Source: Gemmatimonadota bacterium (lineage in GTDB: Bacteria > Gemmatimonadota > Gemmatimonadetes > Gemmatimonadales > Gemmatimonadaceae). Taken from it: a stretch of DNA of 41,255 nucleotides. Where the stretch lies: NCBI GenBank assembly GCA_040389905.1, contig JAZJZK010000031.1, positions 1-41,255 on the forward strand, given 5' to 3'. Made by a program: the position numbers and the translations under genes. Shown here in pieces: positions 1-6,901 of the stretch (within the stretch, counting starts at the first letter, position 1; the number at the start of each line of letters is the position of its first letter). The notes under the pieces were generated by a model, which saw only the letters and a program-made list of their open reading frames with translations, had not been told where the DNA came from and made no database searches.

Positions 1-51
1 GGTCTCGTCGATCTCGCGTCCGGCGAGGTCATCGAGGCAGTAGTTTCTTAG
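1..51 (+). CDS. 3' end of an unidentified ORF running off the window edge
   Basis: Frame 1 is open (GLVDLASGEVIEAVVS) and ends at TAG 49-51; too short to identify. Confidence 0.3.
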   Translation, partial: GLVDLASGEVIEAVVS

Positions 52-121
52 GAGCCGTCGAACTCATGCTATTGCTGGCGACAGTATTGTCGGAGACAGT
101 CCACGCACCGGATAGCGAGAG

Positions 122-436
122 TCACGCCGCTGGCAACGTTGGAATCGCGGCGATTTCCGCGCGCCTCTCCCGCCGAAGTTTCTGCAGGTCGTGGCGGGTC
201 TGGAGGGTGAGCCACAGCTCCGGCCCGTTCCCACACAGCTTGCCGAGGCGGAGCGCCATCAGAGGGGTGACGGGCTGGGCTTCGCTCAGGATAGCGTGCA
301 GCGTCTGCCGCGACACTCCCAACAAGCGAGCGATCTCGGAGAGCGGTCGGCCGAGTGCCGGCAGGATATCCTCTCGCAGCAATTCGCCGGGATGCATCGC
401 GGGCAGGCCCGGGGTGGGACTCTTCGTCGCACGCAC
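122..436 (-). CDS. higA: HigA-family addiction module antitoxin (HTH)
   Basis: HPGELLRE...IARLLGVSRQTL...VTPLMALRLGKLCGNGPELWLTLQ pattern; GTG start overlaps the toxin stop. Confidence 0.93.
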   Translation of the reverse strand: MRATKSPTPGLPAMHPGELLREDILPALGRPLSEIARLLGVSRQTLHAILSEAQPVTPLMALRLGKLCGNGPELWLTLQTRHDLQKLRRERRAEIAAIPTLPAA

Positions 437-708
437 TAGTGATAATCCTCCAGATCGACGTCAATGGCATCGCCGGCGTCCCACCCGAAGGTGATCCGCC
501 AGTTCCCTGAGACCCGAATCGACCACCGCCGTTCGCCACGCAGGCTGTGGAAGAAGTAGCCAGGCACGTTCACCTGCTGCGGCTCGGACGCGGCATCCAA
601 CACCAGAAGCATGCGGCGGACACGCGCGACATTCGGCACGCTCAGGCCGCGCTGATCCCCGGTCTCAAAGAACAGCTTGAGCGTCTTGGCGCGAAAGCTT
701 CGGATCAC
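436..708 (-). CDS. higB: HigB/RelE-family toxin, 90 aa
   Basis: (M)IRSFRAKTLKLFF...FHSLRG..RWSIRVSGNWRITFGW...VDLEDYH. Start reassigned to GTG at 708; the toxin gene precedes the antitoxin gene. Confidence 0.93.
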   Translation of the reverse strand: MIRSFRAKTLKLFFETGDQRGLSVPNVARVRRMLLVLDAASEPQQVNVPGYFFHSLRGERRWSIRVSGNWRITFGWDAGDAIDVDLEDYH

Positions 709-714
709 ACCCTC

Positions 715-757
715 AAGATGGTCGGCGCCCACGATGCCTGTCAAGTGGCGCTTGACA
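715..757 (-). promoter_or_regulatory. Putative higBA promoter with overlapping palindromic operator
   Basis: Minus strand has TTGACA (744-739), an 18-nt spacer and CATCTT (720-715). The palindrome TGTCAAG-tggcg-CTTGACA (739-757) covers the -35 box. Confidence 0.6.
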
Positions 758-913
758 CGCTGCGGGGACCATGTCGTCGTATCGCGCGTTCGAATAGACG
801 CCAACATGCGGGATCGCGTTCTCGGGCAGGCCACGTTGCGCATCCTTACGGCACTGAGGCCTCTTGGCCGCGCTCACATCGTGGCGCGAGATCCGCTTCG
901 TCGCGCCGTTGAC

Positions 914-976
914 GGCTAACGTTCGTTGGAGCAGACGAGCGGACTGAGGTAGCTCGCTGCGCTCGCATTGATTTGA
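914..976 (+). other. attC site, left portion, interrupted by group II intron
   Basis: GGCTAAC-GTTCG-TTGGAGCAG...GCTCGCTGCGCTCGC matches the left arm and centre of the intact attC at 5866; it stops at the intron 3' end (977). Confidence 0.85.
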
Positions 977-1621
977 GTCGCGATAGGGACACCGGTTGCC
1001 CGGTGCCCCCCGCACAGATCCGTACGAGCGGAATTCCCGCATACGGCTCCTACTTTGGATGTGTGGCGTCGAAGCGCACATAGGGATAGGGATGAAGGAT
1101 GCGTGGGCGGGGTATCCACAGTGCAGCGACCGGTGCAAATCGAGCCCAGGTGATGTGACGTTTCTGACTGCGACGCCGGAGCCGACGGAACCACATTCGA
1201 CAGACTTCCCGACTGAAGCAGCGCAGACTCTCCCAGTTCCCGGGCACCGCGTGATAGTTGTAAAACCCCTGAATCACGCGACGCAGCCACTGCCCGACCT
1301 CGGGCACCGGGTCATGCCACCTCCGTTGCAACTCCGTCTTTACGGCGGCGAGCTTCTTTCGGAGGCGCTTCATGCTCGAGCGACGATGCACCCAAAACCG
1401 ATCGGTGCTGCGCGTGCGGCCACAGACGTGGGTGAACCCTAAGAAATCGAACGTCTCCGGCTTGCCTTCCCCTCGTCGCTTCCGATCGCTGGCGGCATAG
1501 CGACCAAACGCCAGCAGGCGCGTCTTGTCGGGATGGAGTTCCAGCCCGAACTGTCCAAGCCGCTCCCGCCATGCCGCCAAACACTGCTCGGCCTCGTGTT
1601 GATGCTGGAACCCCATGACGA
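977..1621 (-). mobile_element. 3' half of a class-E-like group II intron (RT C-terminus, domains V and VI)
   Basis: Domain V GAGCCGTATGCGGGAATTCCGCTCGTACGGATC, then a domain VI hairpin ending CCCTATCGCGAC at 977. Confidence 0.88.
1050..1621 (-). pseudogene. ltrA: C-terminal half of group II intron RT/maturase (after YADD; RT6-7 and domain X), class-E-like
   Basis: VMGFQ...RERLGQFGLELHPDKTRLLAFGR...GKPETFDFLGFTH...GFYNYHAVPGN...LRRRSQK...PRILHPYP. The first 22 aa of the ORF-track call are the inner intron's domain V/VI sequence. Confidence 0.88.
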
Positions 1622-3505
1622 GTCGAGTAGCGGAGGGGAATCGCACCCCTCCGCCCTCACAGAACCGGACGTGAGACTCTCGCCTCATCCGGCTCCTACT
1701 CTCCAGCCTCCGGTTTCACCCCGAGCTGCCACAACACAAACAAGGTGGGGTCCCCGTCGCGCGACGCGCCCTAACCAGTGCATCGACGCACGCTCTCGAC
1801 GGCGAAATCGGGTGTACTTCCGTCGCACCCATGCAGCAAGGGCCTCATTGAAAACGCGTAACACTTGAACACACTTCGACCGATAGAACCGGCCATAGTA
1901 GTTCATCCAGCCTTGTACGACTGGATTGGTGACCCGCGCCAGGTCCTCCAAACGCTGATTGTTCCTGGTGGCCGCCATCCGCCAATCGCGAATGGTCGCG
2001 CGGATCTTCTTGGCCGCCTTGGAGCTGATCGCTGGAAGGAAGCTCACAAAGAACTTCCCCCATCGATTCTTCGCCCGCCGAGGTTGGAAGGTGTACCCGA
2101 GAAAGTCGAACGTGATGTGCTCGTGCCTCCCGGGCCGGTCGTCATCTTTGCAGTACACGATGCGGGTCTTCGTAGGATGAAGCTCCATACCGCACTGCTC
2201 AAACCGACCACGAATGGCGTCCAACACTGCCTTGGCCTGCTCCTCACTGCCACAGTGCACCACCGCATCGTCCGCATACCGCTCGAACCGAACGCTCGGA
2301 TGGTTCCTCTGCATCCAGACATCGAACGCATAGTGCAGAAAGAGATTGGCCAGCAACGGACTGATGACGCCACCTTGCGGCGTGCCCTTCCTCCGTTCCA
2401 CCAACGACCCGTCCGCCCGTTGCACTGGTGCACGTAGCCACCGCGCAACGTAGAGCCGAATCCATGGCGAGTCAGTATGTCGTGCCACGGCGCGCTCAAC
2501 CAGATCATGCGGGATGGAATCAAAGAACCCCTTGATGTCCAAATCGATCACCCAGTCAGTCGTCCAGCAGCGCTTTCTCGCGACCCCGACCGCGTCGATC
2601 GCCGACTTGCCGGGACGATAGCCATACGAGTCGTCATGGAACACCGGTTCCACTCTCGGCTCGAACACCATCTTCACGACCGTCTGTGCTACCCGATCCG
2701 CGACGGTAGGAATCCCGAGTGGGCGCGTACCGCCGTTGTCCTTCGGTATCTCGACCAGCCGCACGGGCGGTGGGACGTATGCGCCCGACGACATCCGATT
2801 CCAGATCTTGTACAGATTGCCCTTCAGATCTTTCTCAAACGTCCCCAGAGACACACGATCCACGCCCGCTGCACCGCGGTTCGCCTTGACCCGTTGATAC
2901 GCTTTCCAAACGAGTTGCTTCGGAATGTCATACGGCTTTGCCTCAGACACCGGCTCCTCCCATTGCTGGTTGACCTGTCCCTTCGGCCAGAGAGTCGGGC
3001 TCCTTCGCTCCGCCCGCATTACCGGGCCTCCTCGCTACTACGAGCCCGTCCGCCCCTTCGCCTCGCATTGGTACTCTACTCCTCATGGGTCCACCACTTG
3101 GAGGTCTCCCTTCGCATCGAGGCGAGAGGTTCCCACGTTCCGCACAAGAGCCTGCGCTGAGCTCGCGCCACCTTCATGCCGGTCATCACTCGGGCAGTCG
3201 ACAGGCTTCCCCCCGAGCTCCTTCACAGGCCAACAACTGGAGCCTGCTTTCGATGACGTCCGTACGCTTTCGACACATTATCAGTGGTTCACTCGCGTTC
3301 GCCTTCTCAGCGCGCACCTGACGGGTTGATCCCGCCTTTTCCGTCTCGCTCACCACCCCAGCCATTGTGCCAGAGCAGCATCCGGTGGTTTGGACCCTGG
3401 TCCTGCAACCCGAGTCCGAGGGGCCAGCCCTCATCTCCTGTGCAGCAAGGCTGCATTGATTCGGCTTCTACATGCTTGCCTCCTCTTTGCGCCGTCGTGG
3501 CGCAC
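1622..3505 (-). mobile_element. Complete class-D-like group II intron (1884 nt) inserted one base after the YADD codons of a host RT gene
   Basis: 5' end GTGCGCCACG at 3505; domain V GAGCCGGATGAGGCGAGAGTCTCACGTCCGGTTC; 3' end ...CTACTCGAC at 1622; candidate EBS1/EBS2 pair with the 5' exon. Confidence 0.92.
1685..2950 (-). CDS. ltrA: Group II intron reverse transcriptase/maturase, class-D-like, no endonuclease domain; probable +1 frameshift near the C-terminus
   Basis: KPYDIPKQLVWKAYQRVKANRGAAGVD, LYKIWNRMSSG, RPLGIPTVADR, GTPQGGVISPLLAN, FERYADD. GTG start at 2950 follows GGAGGAG. Confidence 0.93.
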   Translation of the reverse strand: MSEAKPYDIPKQLVWKAYQRVKANRGAAGVDRVSLGTFEKDLKGNLYKIWNRMSSGAYVPPPVRLVEIPKDNGGTRPLGIPTVADRVAQTVVKMVFEPRVEPVFHDDSYGYRPGKSAIDAVGVARKRCWTTDWVIDLDIKGFFDSIPHDLVERAVARHTDSPWIRLYVARWLRAPVQRADGSLVERRKGTPQGGVISPLLANLFLHYAFDVWMQRNHPSVRFERYADDAVVHCGSEEQAKAVLDAIRGRFEQCGMELHPTKTRIVYCKDDDRPGRHEHITFDFLGYTFQPRRAKNRWGKFFVSFLPAISSKAAKKIRATIRDWRMAATRNNQRLEDLARVTNPVVQGWMNYYGRFYRSKCVQVLRVFNEALAAWVRRKYTRFRRRERASMHWLGRVARRGPHLVCVVAARGETGGWRVGAG

Positions 3506-4346
3506 AGTCGTCAGCATAGCGAACGAACCGGTGCCCCCGGCGCTCCAATTCCCGGTCGAGATCGTCGAGCAGGATGTTGCTGAGGAGCGGCGACAGGGGA
3601 CCGCCTTGCGGCGTGCCCTCTGTTCGGGGCGACATCACCCCGCCGTCCATGACGCCCGCTTGCAGGTACCGGCGTATCAGACGGAGCACTCGTTTGTCTG
3701 CAATCCTCCGGGCCACGCGCGCCATCAGGATATCATGGTTCACGCGGTCGAAGAATTTCTCGAGGTCCATGTCCACCACCCACCGATGACCCGCCGCCAC
3801 ATACTGCTGCGCGCGCCGCACGGCATCGTGGGCGCTCCGTCCCGGACGAAAGCCGTAGCTCGCCTCCGAGAAGGTCGGATCGATCAGCGGTTGAAGAACT
3901 TGGAGCAGGGCTTGTTGAATGAATCGGTCCAGTACCGTCGGGATGCCCAAGGACCGAAGACCGCCACCGGGTTTCGGAATCTCTACCCGACGCACGGGCT
4001 GCGGAATGTACTCGCCCTTAAGCAGCGTCTCCCGCACGCGCGGCCAGTGCACCGCGAGGTAGCCTTTGAGCTGGCCGACCGTCATGCCATCGGTGCCCGG
4101 TGCTCCCTTGTTCTGCACGACGCGCGTGTACGCCTTCACCAAGTTCTCGCGACGCAGCACCTCCTCCATGAGCGGTAACGTTCCTCCGTTCGTCACCTCG
4201 TCTTGTGCCGTGGACGTTTGACGCGCGCCTTCCCCCGCGACGTCGGCGATTCCGTCGCCGACGTCGCGGGTGTGCTCCGGCATCTCAGCCTTCTCGTCTG
4301 CGTCTCGCTCGTCCATCGAACGCCTCGCGTGCGAACGACTCTCCAT
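3506..4346 (-). pseudogene. ltrA: N-terminal half of group II intron RT (RT0-RT5 through YADD), class-C-like
   Basis: LMEEVLRRENL..AY.RV..NKGAPG.DGM, LGIPTVLDRFIQQA, VVDMDLEKFFDRVNHD, GTPQGGPLSPLLSNILLDDLDRELERRGHRFVRYADD; interrupted at 3505. Start codon uncertain. Confidence 0.9.
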
Positions 4347-4734
4347 GTTCGGCCCTTCGCCACGGTGCGCGCGTGGCTACTTCGGCCTCGGCTGACTGCT
4401 GCACTCCGTCGCCGTGCCTTTCAACGCGGCTAGCCCGCTACTCCGTGCGAGCAGACGTGCAGCTCTCCCAGGGTAAGATCTCAGACTGTCGCTCCATCTA
4501 CCCGCCGCATCTACGCCCGCTTGGTCCGGATGACATTGGGCTTCAGGTCCATAGGCCCCCTCGCCCCCAAACGGTCGCCTCCTATACGGTTCGTGTTCCT
4601 CGGGCCGGAGCTTTGCCTACAGCTTCCTCCCCACACCGCCTCGCGACGATGCAGTTGCTGTTCAGCTAGAGGTTCCTGTCATCAAGGTCCTCAGAGGTCT
4701 TCCACCTCCTAGCATGAGATCATGCCTGGCGCAC
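3506..4734 (-). mobile_element. 5' half of a class-C-like (IIC) group II intron
   Basis: 5' end GTGCGCCAGGCATG at 4734, followed by a short domain I-III region. It lies just downstream of the 8-bp hairpin GAGCGCGC-nnn-GCGCGCTC. Candidate EBS1 CUAU (4554-4551) pairs with the exon end AUAG. Confidence 0.88.
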
Positions 4735-4802
4735 CTATTGATGGAGCGCGCTCCGCGCGCTCACTTATGTGATTGCCCCGCAGCTCAACTTGGGCGTACG
4801 GT
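4735..4802 (+). other. attC site, right portion, with degenerate core site GTACGGT
   Basis: Central hairpin followed by GCAGCTCAACTTGGGC-GTACGGT, matching the right arm GCAGCTCACCTTGGGC-GTTGGGC of the intact attC. Confidence 0.8.
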
Positions 4803-4814
4803 AGCCACGCATCG

Positions 4815-5042
4815 GTGAGTGACTTGAACGGCCTGTCCGACTCTGCAAACCCGAACCGTCCTGGCGGTCCTTTGGCGTGTCCTGAGTGTGCAGCGCCACT
4901 GGCCCAACTGAGCGCCTCGGAGTTTGACGAGGTTGGGCCTCGCTGCGACTTCGCATGCCCGAACGGGCATCGGATCGAAGTGCACTGCATCGAGGTCGAC
5001 GAGGAGGATGCCAATGCCGATTATCGCGACCCTGCCGAATAA
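4815..5042 (+). CDS. Small hypothetical zinc-ribbon-like cassette protein (about 75 aa)
   Basis: CPEC...CPNGH motifs. It begins right after an attC core, and its TAA overlaps the next attC-like GAATAAC. Confidence 0.55.
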   Translation: MSDLNGLSDSANPNRPGGPLACPECAAPLAQLSASEFDEVGPRCDFACPNGHRIEVHCIEVDEEDANADYRDPAE

Positions 5043-5183
5043 CGTTCCTCGGAGCAGACCCCGCGTGCCCGATCTGAGCGTGAGCGCCCACGCGCGCGTC
5101 ACCAGCCGCCGTCGCTTTCAGCATTTCTCGTCCCTGCTACAGACGCGGTGGCGCTTGAGGGTGTCTGGCAGCTCACCTGGCCA
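5037..5183 (+). other. Degenerate attC-like site
   Basis: GAATAAC-GTTCC-TCGGAGCAGAC resembles the family left arm and GCAGCTCACCTGG (5168-5180) resembles the right arm; no intact GTT core follows. Confidence 0.5.
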
Positions 5184-5383
5184 CCCGAACTGCGCATTGG
5201 CGTGCAACAACACGCCGTCGAACCCGACATCGTCGCCCAGCGCGCGCAACGCGCCGCGACGCGAGTCACGAACTCTGGGCCAGTTGCGCTTCAACTCATG
5301 TCGCCTGACGCAATCGCGCCGCGGACGGGGCCGGTCTATCTTCCCGCGTCAGACCATGCAGCATCCACTCATCGGACACTCGG

Positions 5384-5845
5384 ATGAATTCGTCAGCTCG
5401 GATACGATGCAGCGTTACGATTATCTGCCTTACAATTCCGTGCGGCGCGAGCGCGCAGGGCGACACTACCCGTGCCAGTTTCAAGGTGGGTAGCTGCCCA
5501 GCGCCTTCGGCCGACTCCGTGAAATGGGACTCCGTGGTGAGCGCCGTCGATCAACCCGCGCGCATTGTTCCCAGCACGGTCCCACGCTTTCCCATGCATC
5601 TGCGCACTGAGAACGCGTACAGCGGCAGAATCGTCTTGGCGATGGTGATCGATACGACCGGCGGCGTCGTCCAAGGCAGCGTCTCCGTGGAGGAGTCGAC
5701 CGATCCGCGACTCAGCACTTGGGGATGTCTGGTCGTGTATCAGATGCGGTTTACGCCGGCCACCGTCGCGGGAAAGCGGGTAGTCTCCCTGACTGAGCAG
5801 CCGCTCAGCTACAATGTGGGCGTAGGTCCGACCGCCAAACCGTGA
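5384..5845 (+). CDS. Exported protein with TonB C-terminal-like domain (cassette ORF)
   Basis: Signal-like N-terminus; PRFP..LR....SGRIVLAMVIDTTG.V..GSV.V..S.DP......MRFTPATVAGKRV....EQPLSY parallels the C-terminus of the TonB at 26625. Followed by attC. Confidence 0.72.
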   Translation: MNSSARIRCSVTIICLTIPCGASAQGDTTRASFKVGSCPAPSADSVKWDSVVSAVDQPARIVPSTVPRFPMHLRTENAYSGRIVLAMVIDTTGGVVQGSVSVEESTDPRLSTWGCLVVYQMRFTPATVAGKRVVSLTEQPLSYNVGVGPTAKP

Positions 5846-5865
5846 GAGCTGGCCTCGTGACTGCC

Positions 5866-5959
5866 ACCTAACGTTCGTTGGAGCAGCCAAGGGCACACTT
5901 GGTCGCTCGCTGCGCTCGCCCTTTATTGATGCCCTTGCAGCTCACCTTGGGCGTTGGGC
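5866..5959 (+). other. Intact attC site (94 bp)
   Basis: R'' ACCTAAC, 5-nt spacer, arm GAGCAGCCAAGGGCA pairing imperfectly with TGCCCTTGCAGCTC (bulged base), R' GTTGGGC; about 20 nt after a stop codon. Confidence 0.9.
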
Positions 5960-6051
5960 AGAGAACAGATCCCGATCGGGCTACTGAGTGGCGGCGGCGG
6001 CGCCGCCCGCCTATTATTGGTCCGCCCGCCTGGTGATGCTCGGCGTTAGCC
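5960..6051 (+). other. Degenerate attC directly in tandem (ORF-less cassette)
   Basis: AGAGAAC start, GC-rich central hairpin followed by TATTATTG (the neighbouring attC has TTTATTG), ending GGC-GTTAGCC; arms are poorly paired. Confidence 0.5.
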
Positions 6052-6068
6052 ACATCAAACCGGATCCG

Positions 6069-6188
6069 ATGCGCTTTGCGACCGTGGAGGAACGGAGGAT
6101 CGCGGCGGCCCCTCGTCTGCGAGGCACGTGCTGCTACTGCGGCGCGGAGATGGTCGCGAAATGCGGTGATCACGTCTCGTGGCACTGC
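6069..6188 (+). pseudogene. Truncated CoiA-like N-terminal zinc-ribbon fragment
   Basis: MRFATVEERRIAAAPRLRGTCCYCGAEMVAKCGDHVSWH, starting 17 nt after an attC core. Confidence 0.6.
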
Positions 6189-6326
6189 ATCGCGCTGGAC
6201 GACGCGTTCGGTGAGGGCGCTGGCATTCTGTTGATCCGCGGCACCGGTTCGGTGGCGTTCGGGCGTGGTCCGAGTGGGCAGACGGCACGCTGCGGCGGCT
6301 GGGGTCCGGTATGTGACGATGGTGAA
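6189..6326 (+). pseudogene. Internal fragment of a BadF/BadG-type ATPase (N-acetylglucosamine kinase-like)
   Basis: IALDDAFGEGAGILLIRGTGSVAFGRGPSGQTARCGGWGPVCDDG matches the GTGS...R.GGWG....D.G motif. Confidence 0.7.
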
Positions 6327-6412
6327 CGAACCGCGAGAGCTGATCGCGAGGGCGGCGCAGGGTGCGACGTTGCGGACGCGATTGGCGGTATCTCGGTGAA
6401 ACGGTTGCCGGA

Positions 6413-6901
6413 TTGATCACGCGCGCGCTCGCGGCAGTCGCCCTGTCGTGCACGAGCACCGTTGCGAGCGCGCAGCTGTTCGCTCCGCACGTTTCTGTGA
6501 AAGTGCACTGCGGCACACATGGCCTGCATGGTCCGGTGGCAACGGTTCGGTGGGCGCCGTCCGGATCATTCCAGAACACGCATCTCGACTACTCGCTGTA
6601 CCGCGATGGCTTCCAGCGGGGCTTGTTTGCGTCCGTGTCGTTCACACCGAATGCGACGGCGATCGCAACGGCGATCAGCTATTCGTCGGCGAGCCCGAGT
6701 CGCGATTCGTCGCTCACTCAGTACCAGCTGAAGGTGCGGTCCGTCACGCAGCGGAATGATACGGTGACCGTCCAGCTGACGGGCATGGATCCGGGCGTGT
6801 TCTACTACTGGCGCGTGTCAAGCATCGACGTGCCGTTCGTGGTATTCCGCTGGGGCATCAGCTCGATGGCGCCGTCTTGCGGCGAAGTGCGGTCGCCATG
6901 A
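6413..6901 (+). CDS. Secreted hypothetical protein, possibly fibronectin type III-like
   Basis: Signal peptide ending ASA-Q; VQLTGMDPGVFYYWRV resembles FN3 strands. Start uncertain (TTG 6413); stop overlaps the next ATG. Confidence 0.65.
   Translation: MITRALAAVALSCTSTVASAQLFAPHVSVKVHCGTHGLHGPVATVRWAPSGSFQNTHLDYSLYRDGFQRGLFASVSFTPNATAIATAISYSSASPSRDSSLTQYQLKVRSVTQRNDTVTVQLTGMDPGVFYYWRVSSIDVPFVVFRWGISSMAPSCGEVRSP

Noticed and set aside
53..120. Possible attC remnant (GTCGAAC after a stop codon; AGCCGTC complementary to 911-917)
   Set aside because: No convincing right arm or GTT core; suggestive only.
1622..1688. N-terminus of the 212-aa ORF (MRRESHVRFCEGGGVRFPSATR) as real protein
   Set aside because: It is the translation of intron domains V and VI.
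977..4734. Retron, DGR or CRISPR-associated RT system
   Set aside because: All three RT segments have group II intron motifs and intron RNA boundaries; no template/variable repeat pair, msr-msd or cas genes were seen.
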